Assembly: GCA_951406725.2 (NCBI GenBank)
Contig: OX597828.1
Coordinates: forward strand, 71,858,001-71,922,000
From: Octopus vulgaris
Taxonomy: Eukaryota
Length of the DNA: 64,000 nucleotides
Reading direction: 5' to 3'
A program made the position numbers and the translations under genes. This document shows positions 1 to 13,500 of the stretch, in pieces (the first letter of the stretch is position 1; the number at the start of each line of letters is the position of its first letter). Under the pieces are notes generated by a model. That model was not told the origin of the DNA. It worked only from the letters and a program-made list of their open reading frames with translations, and searched no databases.

Positions 1-9
1 TTAAGCAAT

Positions 10-235
10 AGTTATTCTAGAGAAGATATGAAATAGAGAGTGAAGTGGTGGAAGGAAAACAGACGTGAGATATGTAAGGCTATTGTATCTGCAGTTCCAT
101 TATTTAAGCAGAATGGAGTGGTGTATATATAAATTTCCTGTACCTTGCGTGTGTGTTCCAATGGTATTTATAATTGACCATTCCAAGCATGGAGTATTGT
201 AAACGGTGTTATATATATATACCATTCTGCTTAAA
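10..235 (-). mobile_element. Second copy of the putative Penelope-like 3' remnant
   Basis: Aligns by eye with 19315-19500 (gatatgaaatagag...gtgagatatg...ccattattta.gcagaatg). Confidence 0.5.
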
Positions 236-1679
236 TAATGGAGCAAGCCGTGTCACATTCTGTGTCATGGCGAATCTCCTTGAGAACTACGTTAAGGGTA
301 CGCGTGTTTGTGGAGTACTCAGCCACTTTCACATTAATTTCACGAGGTGGCTGTTCTGTTAATCGATTTTTTCTTCTTCCTGCAGGATGTCCGACGAAAC
401 CATCTTCCTACACGGGCAGACTCGATAGGGGTTGCCGGTTTAGTCACCGATGACCCGACAATGCGACAGGTTGTATGGGATTACATATAGACATGCATAC
501 ATACATACATACATACATATATACATACATGCATACATACATACATACATACATACATACATACATACATACATACACACGTACGTACATACATACATAC
601 ATACATACATACATACATACATACATACATACATACATACATGCATACATACATACATACATATACACACACATATGAGTACGTGTGTGTTAGTCCTTCT
701 CATTGCTTAACAAATGGCATTGATTTATTTAGATCTCCGTGACCTAGCGGTTCGACATGAAGAATGAAACTGATAGAATAAGTACCGCACTAAGAAATTA
801 GTACAGGTGCCGATTCGACTAGACTCATCAAGGTAGTTCCCCAGCAGGGCTACCATCAACCAAGACAGACACACATGAAAGAAGAAGAGAAGAAAAGAGG
901 AAAAGATTTTCGTTGCCATCAAAATCACTCTTTCGTGTTTGTCATTAGAAAGCAGCTCAAACCAAAAACCGTCAATGACGTCAGACAGTTTTAAAAGACG
1001 ATAGAAAATTGTTTAGCGGAGTTCAGTGAATATAGAACAACATAGAAAAGCAGCGAAGGGAATTTGGCGGTTAAAAACGAATAGAACAAAGAAAACACAT
1101 TTAGAACTGAAGAAAATAGCAAATAGCAAATCTATTTTGAAGGTGAATAGCTTGAAAGTAAGTTATGGTGGAAGTGAAAAAATGTTAATAAGGACGTCTG
1201 AATGACACAAATAGCGTTTGTGCAAATTTCTGTGAAGTCTCTCAACAAACATGGCCGCCATGTTAATTCCCTGTTGATCTTAGGAGGAGTTAGAAGCTGT
1301 GGGATGAACAGGGTCAGAGGAAAGTGCTGTCAACAGTGAGATAATGTCTTGAAAAGCCACTTGAGATTAAGAAAGCGAGAGATTTAATAAGAGAAAGCTG
1401 ATGAACGATAAATGATGAATGATGGCAAATACAACGTGACTTAATCTTTTCTCAGAAGGAGTTGGATTAGAAAGTTGTAGAAGAGTGTTGGAATGTGAGA
1501 TGAATGGAATGAATAAATGAAGAGAATGACGGAATGGAAGTAATTAGCAGAAGTGAAATATTCATTGAGGGTCATGGCTGGAATAAAAGTACGGTAGATT
1601 AAGGAGAATATATAGTGAAGAACTCTATAGGGACAAAGGCATTGAAAAAATGACTAAAATAATTTAGATAATGAATATC

Positions 1680-1832
1680 AGAATGAATGGAATAAACAGG
1701 AAAAAAGCATACAGAATATGAGAATAGGAAGGTAGGAAGTGGACAGAATATAAGAATGGATAGAATAGGAAGGTAGGAAGTGGACGGAATACACGAATGG
1801 ATAGAATAGGAAAGTAGGAAGTGGACGGAATA
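1680..1832 (+). repeat. Tandem repeat, about 40 bp unit, 3-4 copies
   Basis: gaatggatagaataggaaggtaggaagtggacggaata. Confidence 0.8.
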
Positions 1833-3278
1833 TGAAGATGAACTACAGCGCAATATCTGGAGAAGAAAATTGTGATAATAAGAATTAGGAATACGTATTC
1901 GAACGGATTAGGTGACGATTAAAACTTTCATAGATCCATAGTGGTTATTCATATGGTTGCCACACGGTTAGATCACGTGACTGTCACGTGACATTCACGT
2001 GGCTGTCACTTATATGTCACAGAGATACGATATAGTCGTCATGCAGAAGGAACTCACAGGTGACTCTTGTGAAATAAGGTTAAAATCCTGACATTGAAAG
2101 TTTCTGCGGGTTCCGATCTTTGATTCCTTCAGTTGGCCCCAAATTTCCATTGAGATTTTGGAAAGGCTGCCGGACTACCAGTAGAAAGATCGACAATTCG
2201 CACCCTCTATGTGACACTTATGATCTCACAGTAACCACGTTCAAGCACCATCCGCGGCACACGTTTCTATTGATCGCTTTACTCAGATCACCTAAACGTG
2301 TTTAGCATCAATAAAAGACAAGGTGGACAAACCTCAGTAACACTTCTGCTGGATAAAATGTAATCCACAACATTTGCTGAGGAGTGATTCACAATTGCTG
2401 TGGTAGCAGGGTTAATCCACCGCCACCGCCGCCGCCCGGTGCCGCTGCGCGGGTTTGGCCGTCCTTTGCTGTACCCAAACTGACTGTCCTTTACACGTAA
2501 TGTACCTTCAACTAAGCAAACATACGTATATATTGTGGCCGTCCGATACGATCCGCGCACCTCACGTTGCGCCTTTGCCAGCGCCTTTTGGGACACCACA
2601 GCTGGTCTTTGGTTGTCCTTAACAGCGTCCTCTCTGTTGCAAGCCATTGCGTTTTTGTGCTGGGGTTAACTTCGTCACCCTGCCTCACTTCTCGGGGATC
2701 TCGAAGAAAATCATGGCTACTGTCCTTGTTCTTCTGAATAAATTAGCTTGAAAATTGTCTTTAGCTGGGTTTTGAACAGCTTCTTTTTGCCTACAAGCCA
2801 AGCATTGATCTCGGTGCAGCCGGCCATAGAGAATTTTGTGGCCGGAGGGCAATTCAGGCGTGCGCTGTATATGTAGGGGCCGTCTCAGTTGAAACTTGTG
2901 TAGTGTTGATTGACGACCTGTGATATTGGGTCATTGGAATCCTATCTGACCAGTTGGCATACACACACACACACACCGACTACTGCTCCTCTCTTCTCTA
3001 ACCGTCCGTACATAAACTAGTCAGACAAGGCCGTTATAAGTTAAGTATGGTCACGCGTCTAACGTAAAGAGAGGTTTATGAATCCTGGTTCATTACCTTA
3101 TTGACTGACCTCCCAATTTAACAAGGAGCAACACACAGCTCGCAATAATTATCCAATTCAATACTACTGTGGACCCAGTTTACTACCTTGCTTGTGTTGG
3201 CCCCAAAACACTTAATTGGAACCCGGTTAGGAACCACTGATCTATATTTATAGAGACGATAAAACACACGCACGCACG

Positions 3279-3331
<53 letters not shown>

Positions 3332-3370
3332 GCGCACACAAACACAAGTGTAGTAAGTAGGAATGAATTA

Positions 3371-3532
3371 GGCGCAGGAGTGGCTGTGTAGTAAGAAGCT
3401 TGCTTACCAACCACATGGTTTCGGGTTCAGTCCCACTGCGTGGCACCTTGGGCGAGTGTCTTCTACTATAGCCTCGAGCCGATCAAAGCCTTGTGAGTGG
3501 ATTTGGTAGACGGAAACTGAAAGAAGCCCGTC

Positions 3533-3606
<74 letters not shown>

Positions 3607-3830
3607 GTATATGTTTCTGTGTCTGTGCTTGCCCCCCCCCCCCAACATCGCTTGACAACCGATGCTGGTGTGTTTACGTCCCCGTAACCTAGCGGCTCGG
3701 CAAAAGACACCGATAGAATAAGTAGGCTTACAAAGAATAAGCTCTGGGGTCGATTAGCTCGACTAAAGGCGGCGCTCCAGCATGGCCGCAGTCAAATGAC
3801 TGAAGCAAGTAAAAGAGTAAAAGAGTAAGA
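3371..3830 (+). mobile_element. tRNA-type SINE family 1 (full length, with internal microsatellite)
   Basis: A/B-box-like head (gtggctgtgt.gtaag...gggttcagtccc), body gagtggatttggtagacggaaactgaaagaagcc, tail cagcatggccgcagtcaaatgactga. Copies at about 10331-10730(+), 15585-15710(-), 21740-22125(-), 23390-23690, 29340-29490(-), 41210-41420(-) and 44035-45160 (cluster). Confidence 0.85.
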
Positions 3831-4598
3831 ATTGATTTGACGAAACTACTTTCGCAACAAAATAAAGAACAGAAAAAAAAATACAAAAACGCCCCCCCCC
3901 CCACCGACGGTCCATGGTCTTCTTGGCGCAATTAGTTTCATTCGAGATGCCACGACCGTTGTAACAGGAAGGGTTTTCGTTGCAATTAAGAGAAACGTGC
4001 AATGGAAACCAGAAGCATGGAATGGTGAGCGCAGATTCTAGCGCCAACAGCGTCGAAGGTGCTTCAATGAATATTCTAAATGATGAAGGACCAAACGGAT
4101 TTGTACATGGGAGCTGCTGTTGTTGTTGTTGTTATTGTTGTTGTTGTTGTTATTGTTGTTGGTGTTGGTGTTGGTGTTAACGCTGTACTCAGTCATCACT
4201 TATGCAATATTTATCTATTTATCTTAGGAATCGTCTATATTCACCTTGGCAACATCCAGTTTAGTTTTTAGAGTTATAGAAAACGAGGACAGAGATCCCT
4301 TGGCACAGCACCAAGAATTCTGCACCAATCAGATTTCGCACCCTCTTCGTTTCTGATGGGATTCCTAATAATGTTGCTGCTGCTGCTGTTGTTGTTGTTG
4401 TTGTTGTAGTTATTATTGTTGTTGTTGTTGTTGAGTGAGAGAGCAGCGCATGCCATCAAAGTGGCAGTGGGGTAAAATATACGAAGCCCAGTATACCCAT
4501 CAGGACCCTTCTCCTCCTCCTCCTCCTCCTCCTCCTCCTCCTCCTCCTCTTCCTCCTCCTCCTCCTTCTCATCATCATCATCATCATCATCATTAATG

Positions 4599-4937
4599 AG
4601 GCGGCGAGCTGGCAGAATCGTTAGCAGGCCGGGCGAAATGCTTAGCGGTATTTCGTCTGCTGCTACGTTCTGAGTTCAAATTGCTCCTAGGTCGACTTTA
4701 CCTTCCATCCTTTCGGGATCGATTAAATAAGTACCAGTTACGCACTGAGGTCGATGTAATCGACTTATTCCCCTCTCCCAAGCTGCCTTTGTGGCAAAAA
4801 TTTGAAATCGTTATTATTATTAATATCCTTAGCGGTATTTCGTCTGTCTTTACGTTCTGAGTTGAAATTCTGCCGAGGTCGACTTTGCCTTTCATCCCTT
4901 CAGGGTCGATAAATTAAGTCCCAGTGGCGTACTGGGG

Positions 4938-4940
<3 letters not shown>
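4599..4940 (+). mobile_element. tRNA-type SINE family 2 (two tandem copies)
   Basis: ggcggcgagctggcagaatcgttagc...gagttcaaatt...gtcgactttgcctttcatcc. Copies at about 13691-13900(+), 25075-25215(+), 28035-28450(-), 31040-31225(-), 34998-35185(+), 38360-38912(-) and 39260-39650(+). Confidence 0.85.
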
Positions 4941-4983
<43 letters not shown>

Positions 4984-5001
4984 CTATTACTATTATTATT
5001 G

Positions 5002-5074
<73 letters not shown>

Positions 5075-5503
5075 GTATGCTAAAATAGAAAACCTTGTAT
5101 TAAGTAATTGTGGCACCTGTCTTATCTTTGAATGCGGATGTGTGTATGCTTATATAGATGTATATATACGCGCGTGCACACACACACACAGATAGATAAG
5201 TAGATGAGGGAAGTGGGGACGGAGTAAGAGAGAGACTTCCGGTATGGGCTCAGCATAGAAGACCTTTCTATAGAATATCTCAAACAGATTCCAATGGAAA
5301 ATATATTTGATGAAAATTCTAAGGAAAATACGATATAAAAGGGTACTTGACAAAAGGGTAACATATCTGGCAAATCTCTCTCTGGGTGTGGATATGTATG
5401 TATATGTGTGTGTGTATGTGTGTATATGTGTGTGTGTATAGAGAAGGAGAGAGGGGGAGGAAGAGACGTATATATTTAACTACTTCTATATATACATAGA
5501 AGT

Positions 5504-5546
<43 letters not shown>

Positions 5547-5703
5547 TTCGTAAAAGAATAAAAGAATACTTGTTTACATAAGTAAATGAAAAATATATTT
5601 ATTTATGCTTATGAATATATATGTGCGTGTGTGTATATAAATATATACATCTTTCTGTTTGTCGGTATGTAACTATCTATCTATCTATTTATCTAGCTAC
5701 CAA

Positions 5704-5772
<69 letters not shown>

Positions 5773-5879
5773 TGTATATTCAGGAATTGTTTATGGAATT
5801 TGCGTAGGCGTTATACTGAAAGACATTAGTGACAAGGTTAAGGGGTGGAAGGTGGAGAAGTAGAAGAAGAAGAAGATGA

Positions 5880-6764
5880 CGATGTTGATGATGATGATGA
5901 TGATGAAGAAGATGATGAAGAAGAAGAAGAAGAAGAAGAAGAAGAAGAAGAAGAAGAAGAAGAAGAAGAAGAAGAAGAAGAAGAAGAAGGAAGAAGATGG
6001 TGGTGATGATGGTGGTGATGATGATAATGATGATGATGAAGAAGAAGAGGAAGAAGAAGAAGAAGAAAAAAACAGAGAAGGGAGAATATGAATGGGTGTA
6101 AGTATAGCTTTGATGGGGCTGATTAGTAATGGATTCTATGGAGTGTAATATTTGTGTGTGTATATATTTCTTTTATTCTAAAGTTGAGGTATATTAATTG
6201 TTTGTCGTAGACCCGTTAAGAAAGTGGCTTGTATTTTGTAATAAAGAGATTTTCTTTACTTATTCGTTGTCTCGAGGTTGTATCGTCCCTAAATTGGTAG
6301 AGGGGGAAAATTCTGAAGTTTGGTGTTTTTTTGTTGGCGCAAGTATCTATGTGTTGGCTAAAAGCTATTTTTCTGTTTTGGGGAATTTTTTATCTGGTAT
6401 CTGTGCAGGGCCATTCGTTTACGCAAACCATTTTGCGTAATTGTTTTGCGTAAACGAATGGCCCTGCACGAGATCCCAGATAAAATTCCCAAAAACAGAA
6501 AAATAGACTTTTAGCCAACGCATATAAAAACGCAAAAAACTCTGGAATTTTAGGGACGATACAACCTCGAGACAACGAATAAAGTAAAGAAAATCTGTCT
6601 TTATTACAAAATACAAGCCATAACAACAGGTCTACGACAAACAATGTATACCTCAACTTTTAGAATAAAAGAAATATATACACACACAAATATTACACTC
6701 CATAGAATCCATTACTAATCAGCCTACGTCATCAAAAGCTGTCTATACACCCATTCTCTGTTTT

Positions 6765-6796
<32 letters not shown>

Positions 6797-6930
6797 ATCA
6801 TCATCATCATCATCATCACCACCATCATCACCACCATCTTCTCCTCTCCTTCTTCTTCTTCTTCTTCTTCTTCTTCTTCTTCTTCTTCTTCTTCTTCTTC
6901 TTCTTCATCATCATCATCATCATCATCATC
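5880..6930. repeat. Imperfect palindrome (fold-back) of about 1 kb centred at about 6436
   Basis: gggccattcgtttacgcaaa / tttgcgtaaacgaatggccc; the arms match outward through unique sequence and (GAA)n/(TTC)n. Confidence 0.9.
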
Positions 6931-6931
6931 A

Positions 6932-6975
<44 letters not shown>

Positions 6976-7001
6976 TTGATAGATAGACAGACAGACAGAT
7001 G

Positions 7002-7039
<38 letters not shown>

Positions 7040-7547
7040 CAGATGGATAGATTGGTAGATAGATGGATAGATAGATAGATAGATAGATACATGTACACGT
7101 ATAAATATATAAACGATAATATATTTTCATAAGCAGGAAACTCGATACAAATCCTACCACATAAACAGACCCTTTTATACCCCCCAAACACACATTGCCC
7201 TTCACCCCTGTTCATACATATATTTGACCTCCATCTTTACCAGTAAATATAAGTGACAGAACTAAAAGCCTTTCGCGATTCCATTCATTTTATTAAACAT
7301 TGATTTTTGACAATTTTTCAAAGTGAACAAAATGGCGCGGATTGGCAAAATTGTTAACAGCGTTGGATAAAATATAAGCCTTTTGATCCGGCTTCATGTG
7401 CTGTGTTCAAATCTCACTCGTGGCAGTTTCTGCTTTTCATCCATTTTTGTGTTGATAGATCAAGTGTAAGACACAATAGTGGTGCACCACTCTCTTGGAT
7501 GTTTAACTTGATCGAGGGCTAGAGGGGGGGGGGCTTACAGGGCTGGA

Positions 7548-7647
7548 NNNNNNNNNNNNNNNNNNNNNNNNNNNNNNNNNNNNNNNNNNNNNNNNNNNNN
7601 NNNNNNNNNNNNNNNNNNNNNNNNNNNNNNNNNNNNNNNNNNNNNNN
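7548..7647. other. Assembly gap (100 N)
   Basis: Run of N. Confidence 1.
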
Positions 7648-8299
7648 ATATGAGTGTGTCCGCATTACTGTCGCTCAAAACAATCGCACGTGGCGACGAA
7701 CTCCGAGTACATTGCCGAAAGTTTTCAGTTTCTAAACAAATAAACTCAACTAATCGTGTCAAATACCTTTTCTCTCGTGTGTGGGTCCAAGACATACATA
7801 CATACATGCATACATACATACACGCACATACATACATACATACATACATACTTTCAGTACGACTGCGTGCTGAAATTTCGTGGAAATACAGGAAGATCAG
7901 TTAATTATGATTTTATTCAACATATTCTCCTTCTCAGATTCACACACTTATTGCAGTGGTCCTTCAGTTTCTCTAAGCTAGGTGAAAGAATTCGGAAGGT
8001 TGGGCCTTTCGCACAACACTTAAAACCAGGAACTTTTCAGCACTCCCTCCTATTCATTATGTATGTATTATAGTATGCATGTTTGTATGTATGTATGTTA
8101 GTATGTATGTATGTACATATGTATGCAAGTACATGCGAATGTATGTGTTCATGTATTTACATATGTGAGTGTATGTACATACATGTATGTATGTTTGTAT
8201 GTATGTATCTATCTATCTGTAAACATATATATGTACATACACACACGCGCGCGCTCATACATATATATATGCATGTGTGTTTGCGTGTATGTATGAGTA

Positions 8300-8336
<37 letters not shown>

Positions 8337-8672
8337 GTGTGGCTCTCCATCGGTTACGACGGCGAGCGTTCCAGCCTGCTCGTGAAACTAACGCGCAGGT
8401 GGGTCGTGCTGAACATGACACAGAATGTGATAAGGATGGGCCCTTTGAATTACAGGTACAACTCATTTTTGCCAGCTGAGTGGACTGGCGCAACGTGTAA
8501 AATAAAGGTTCTTACTCGTGTATACACCGTGTCACCGGGAATCGAACTGAAGGCATTGCGTTCTTTAAACGAATACCCCCAACAACCAAGCCACACTCCT
8601 TCACACATAAGGATATACGTGACCTCGTGTGTACCGTTGGCGCTTTTTTCCCACTGTCTTTCCTTCTCCTAT

Positions 8673-8707
8673 GTTTCCGACGAAGAGCTCCGCTCGAAAC
8701 GTTAAAC
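8673..8707 (+). ncRNA. Minimal hammerhead-like motif (family B)
   Basis: gttt-CCGACGA-a-gagc(tcc)gctc-GAAA-CG-TT-aaac. Confidence 0.6.
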
Positions 8708-9179
8708 CTTCCTTCTTTCCTTCTTTCCTGAGTGTCCAATAATACTATATTTGTTCCACGTACTCGCGTTGTTGTGTTTTTTTATGCAATTTCTTGCAGA
8801 ACGACCACACATGATTTGTTTATAGCGACCAAATGTTTGAGGTGTACCTTAGCTTACTCCCTCCATCAAATCAACCGAATGCTGTACAGGTGCTTAGAGT
8901 GCCATGTGACAGATGTTGAAGTGAACGTAGAGTAATGTGATGTGGAGTGTTTTGCTGAAGAAAAAAAGATCACATTGCGACGCCCAGCCCGGGAAGCGAA
9001 AACACAATCTCACGATTGTGAGCCCCCAACCACTAGGCCATGCGTTCTCACTTATATGTAACAATAGAATTATAACTATGTGTGTGTATGTGTGTGTGTA
9101 GTTCAAATTTACTGAAAACGAAAGATAAAGGAACAATAAGCAGGTGCATTAGTTTAAAGCGCGGGAAGAATGGAAATGT

Positions 9180-9215
9180 CTTCGACGTTTTGAACCTACG
9201 CTCTTCGACAGAAAG
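9180..9215 (-). ncRNA. Degenerate hammerhead-like motif (family B)
   Basis: cttt-CTGTCGA-a-gagc(gtag)gttc-AAAA-CG-TC-gaag; G12 mutated. Confidence 0.45.
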
Positions 9216-9309
<94 letters not shown>

Positions 9310-9353
9310 AAAAAGTGAATGTAGAAAATGCTAAATTAATTTTATAAAAAACA

Positions 9354-9395
9354 TTTCAGTACCGGTTTCGGTCATTGAGACTTTTTCAACTGTAA
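9354..9395 (-). ncRNA. Minimal type I hammerhead, U3-A8 core (family A)
   Basis: ttacag-TTGAAAA-agtc(tcaat)gacc-GAAA-CCGG-TA-ctgaaa; A.C mismatch at the base of stem II. Confidence 0.62.
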
Positions 9396-11195
9396 GTATA
9401 GAAAACAATTAAATTTTGGAAAAATTAAATGAAAATTTTTTTTAAGAATATTTGCATAGTGTTCAAATATAAGTGGCATTTTCCTTGTTTCTGCCTCTCT
9501 CTGCTTCCTCTGTTTACACTTGTGGGTTCGAGGTCATTGTGAATTGTTAGCAGAGAAGAAGAAGAAGAAGAAGAAGAAGAAGAAGAAGAAGAAGAAGAAG
9601 AAGAAGAAGAGAACGCGGGAGTGCCATGATAGTAGTCGGATGTTAAATGGTCAAGTGACCTGAAAGTGACTTGTGGCTTGACCATTTAACATCCTACCTC
9701 TATCACAGCACTCCTTTCCTCCTCTTCCTCCTCTTCCTTCTCTTTCTCCTCTTCTTCCTCCTCCCCCTCCCTGCCAAGAACTTACAACGACCTCGAACCC
9801 ACATGAGTAAAGAAGAGAGACAGAGACAGGCAGAAACAAAGAAAATGCCCCTTGTATTTGACGACCATGCAAACACTCCCCTAAAAAAAACTTTCATCCA
9901 ACTCTTCCATAATTCAACCCTTCCATATATACGCACACCCTGTTTAAATGTATGTATGTATGTATGTATGTATGTATGTATGTATTGTATGTATGTATGT
10001 ATGTATGTATGTATGTATGTATGGATAGATGGATGGATGGTTGGATGGTTGGAACATGGCTCACATTTGCATATATAGACTTAATATAATACCGAAGATA
10101 TCCCAATTATTCATACATCGTATAAATCTAATATTACACATAATATCACAAACATATAGATACAATATATACGTGATATTCATCTCAGACGTTTACATAT
10201 TGTATAAATATAACATTGGGTTCAAATTTTCGCACAAGGCCAGCAAGTTGGGGGTAGGGGTGGGGAGGGGGATGAGTCGATCACATCGACCTCCATATTG
10301 CTAATAATATCGCGAACGTTTGTATATATGAGGCATGGCTGTGCGGTAAGATCTTTGCTTCCCAACCACATGGTTTCGGGTTCAGTTCCACTAAATGGCA
10401 CCTTGGGGAAGTGTCTTCTATTGCAGTCTCTGTTCGAAGCCTTGTGAGAGGATTTTGTAGACGGAAAGTGAAAGAACACTCGCCCCCCTCCACCCACCTA
10501 CCCACACATGTATGAGTGTGTCTTTCTGATTGTTTCTGTTCGCTCACTGATTGATATCCGGTGTTCGTTTATTTACATCCCCATAATTTAGTGGTTCGAC
10601 ATAAGAGACCCATAGGATAAATATCACACTTTAAAAAAAAATGAGTGGTGGTGTTGATTTGTTCGAATAAACCCTTCAAGGCTGTGCCCCAGCATGGCCG
10701 CATTCTAATGAGTAAAACAAGTAGAAGACAATCGTATATATCTAACATTATATCGCAAATAGTTTCTCGAAATTTTACCGAAGAAAACATCTTCAAGACA
10801 GAATTTATACAGAAAGTAGCGTTTAAGTGTTTACGTACCCTGATTAAGGTTCGGGTACACCACCCTACTAGTGGAAATAAAGAGAATTTGAAGATTGATC
10901 TTACATAGGGACACATACATACATACATACATACATACATACATACATACACACATACATATACACACATACATACATAGATACATGCATATACACATAT
11001 ATACACATACCCACAGACGTGCACACACATGCACATACACACACACTCAAATTCGCATGCACAAACTCGCACACATTTACACTCAAACACACACACACAC
11101 ACACAAACTAACATACGCACAATCAAAAATTCACACGCATTCATACGTACACAAACTTTCTTACACACATAAACATACATACATACGAACTCTCA

Positions 11196-11246
<51 letters not shown>

Positions 11247-11277
11247 TTATACACGTACATACTTAGAAACGCACAAA

Positions 11278-11330
<53 letters not shown>

Positions 11331-11464
11331 TCAAACTCTCATACACCCATGCACCAACTCACACACATCCACACATTCACTCATATGCTACCCCAACCCT
11401 TCAGTGGCCAAACACCCACCTGCCCAATCAACCCGTTTGCCCTTAATGACAATATTTCACTCAC

Positions 11465-11799
11465 CTGAACCCGCGCTTCGGTAAGATCACAGCGCAGGGC
11501 CAACTGCTCCCGAGCGTAGACATCCGGATAATGAGTCTTCTGGAAAATTCTTTCTAATTCATCCAGCTGGAAACTGGTAAATGTTGTCCGGTTGCGCCTC
11601 TTCTTCCTCTTCAGCTCACACCTTTCGGCTGCCTTCAGATTGTCCGTCAAGTTTAAACCTTCCGGAGTCTCAGACCGATGCTGGCCAAATTCCAACACTT
11701 TACTTAGAGACGAAGGTTTTAATTCCAGAATGTTATTTTCAGATTTTAAGTTCAAACCCTTCTTGCACGCCTTGTTTTTACTGCTGTCTTCTTCCATTG
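11465..11799 (-). CDS. Alx: Internal exon of an Alx/aristaless-like PRD-class homeobox gene (homeodomain residues 1-46 plus upstream linker)
   Basis: Translation [49 protein letters not shown] resembles ALX-family homeodomains (RRNRTTF and YAREQLA rather than Arx FTREELA). Donor CAG|GTGAGT at 11465/11464 falls after VQ, the typical PRD-class intron position. Acceptor TTATTACAG|CA-ATG at 11800/11799 (phase 1). The next exon (VWFQNRR) was not found in the window. Confidence 0.93.
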
Positions 11800-12069
11800 C
11801 TGTAATAATAACAATGATGAAGATGATGATGATAATAATAATAATAAAACACCAGGACTTACAAACACATATAACATACAGAAAATTGCACTACTGGGCA
11901 CTGCACACATCCTACGCAAAACACTTTCAATACAGTAACCATCAGAGCATCACAACAAATCACAGCACATACCCAAGGCACACAGAGCTGCGCTCGGTAG
12001 TGAAATGAAAGCACGCTATAAAAATAAAACTACTGAATAATAATAATAATGATGATGATAATAATAATG

Positions 12070-12158
<89 letters not shown>

Positions 12159-12169
12159 AAGAAGAAGAA

Positions 12170-12946
12170 TTGTAACGGCAATGATGGCCGTCTCCCCGCG
12201 AGCCACTCAGAGCTCAAAAATGATAACATTATCGTAGCACCAAAATGCTTTTGGAAACTAAAAAGAAAACTAAATCAGTATACCAAATCGCTTGTCCTAT
12301 GGTTAATCTGGAAGCGCGTCCCCCAGGGAAGAGCCAGCCTGGGATCGAAAAGTCATCAACTGGCACAAACTCTTCTCCGAATACGGACATGGATGGTCAC
12401 TTGAATGGGAAATTCCCCAACTCGAGCCCTCCAAGTTCACCACCACAACCACCACAGAAAGAAAAATGTAAGCGGAACAAATGGACCCGAGAAGAGTATA
12501 AAGAAGTAATATACGCTTATTACATTAGGTAGGCCATCTCAAGCTCTTACAGTATATGGAGAACACGGAATCAAGACAGTAGACCCTATTTGACATCTCA
12601 AGGCGGTTACAATACCAGTGATCGTAGGAGCACTAGGAATGATCAAGAAGGGAACCGAAAATTATTTGAGAATGATCCCTGGCTTACCATCCCTGCAAGA
12701 AGTGCAAAAGATTGTCTTAACTGGTACATCACACGTATTGAGAAGAGCATTGTCGATGTGAGAACTATTACTACCCATGTATTTTAATTTAACTTTATTT
12801 CTATAAAAAAAAAAAAAAAATGAACGAACTAGTGAGTTTAGTTTAATGGCCTACCAATGTATACTATGAGTTTCTTTGCCCTAGAAGTCGGGAAGACACT
12901 CGGCAAGAAATGGAAGCAAATTTGAAAGGAGAAGAACAACCCATAA

Positions 12947-12947
<1 letters not shown>
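12170..12947 (+). mobile_element. Internally deleted Dong/R4-like (RLE) non-LTR retrotransposon
   Basis: N-terminal KRNKWTREEYKEVIYAYY is joined to C-terminal TIPVIVGALGMIKKG...LQEVQKIVLTGTSHVLRRALSM*. The 3' end runs into (TAA)n and the 5' flank is (TAA)n(GAA)n. Confidence 0.72.
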
Positions 12948-12980
<33 letters not shown>

Positions 12981-12982
<2 letters not shown>

Positions 12983-13500
12983 CTGGACGTTTGTTGGACA
13001 TTTGTTTCTTTGTCAAAACTCCGTAAGCTACGATCTTAATATATAAGAAAAAGAATATCTCTAAAAAATATACGACATGTCTCTGCAACTTTTAATTTAT
13101 TTAATTTATTGCTTTGTTTTAAATGGAGAATCGAACTTGATTGTCCCCTCCTCAAATTCAATGAATTTCTCGAAAGTAAGTTTTACCCCACGAGGTAAAT
13201 TCTTATTCCTCCCTCTGTAATTCACTCCTCACTCTCTCTCCCCCTTCCTCTTCTTCCCTCTCTCTCGTTCTCTCTCTTCCTCTTTCTTCCTCTTTCTTCC
13301 TCTCTCTTCCTCTCTCTCTCTCTCTCTACCTCTACCTCTTCTCTCTGCAAAGCACAATTTTTAGCAGCTACTAGAAACACGCTGGACGTTTGTTCACAAC
13401 CAAGAGAGTCTCAGTCAAAACACCGTAAGCTTTAATCCTAATACGTAATACAAAGACATATCTTAAAATTATATGTCATGTCTCTGCATCTTTTAATTTA
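12981..13500 (+). repeat. Diverged direct repeat of about 120 bp (12981-13100 and 13381-13500)
   Basis: gctggacgtttgtt...gtcaaaac.ccgtaagct...catgtctctgca.cttttaattta occurs twice. Confidence 0.75.

Noticed and set aside
870-1600. Possible decayed L1/Tx1-like endonuclease region on the minus strand
   Set aside because: Only faint motif resemblance; not supportable without a search.
3371-3450. tRNA gene
   Set aside because: The A/B-box-like head belongs to a multi-copy SINE; no complete cloverleaf.
3763-4180. Possible downstream Alx exon in unique sequence
   Set aside because: No VWFQNRR or OAR motif in the minus-strand frames examined.
11381-11464. ORF continuation [11 protein letters not shown]... 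after the homeobox
   Set aside because: Intron read-through past the GTGAGT donor; it lacks WFQNRR.
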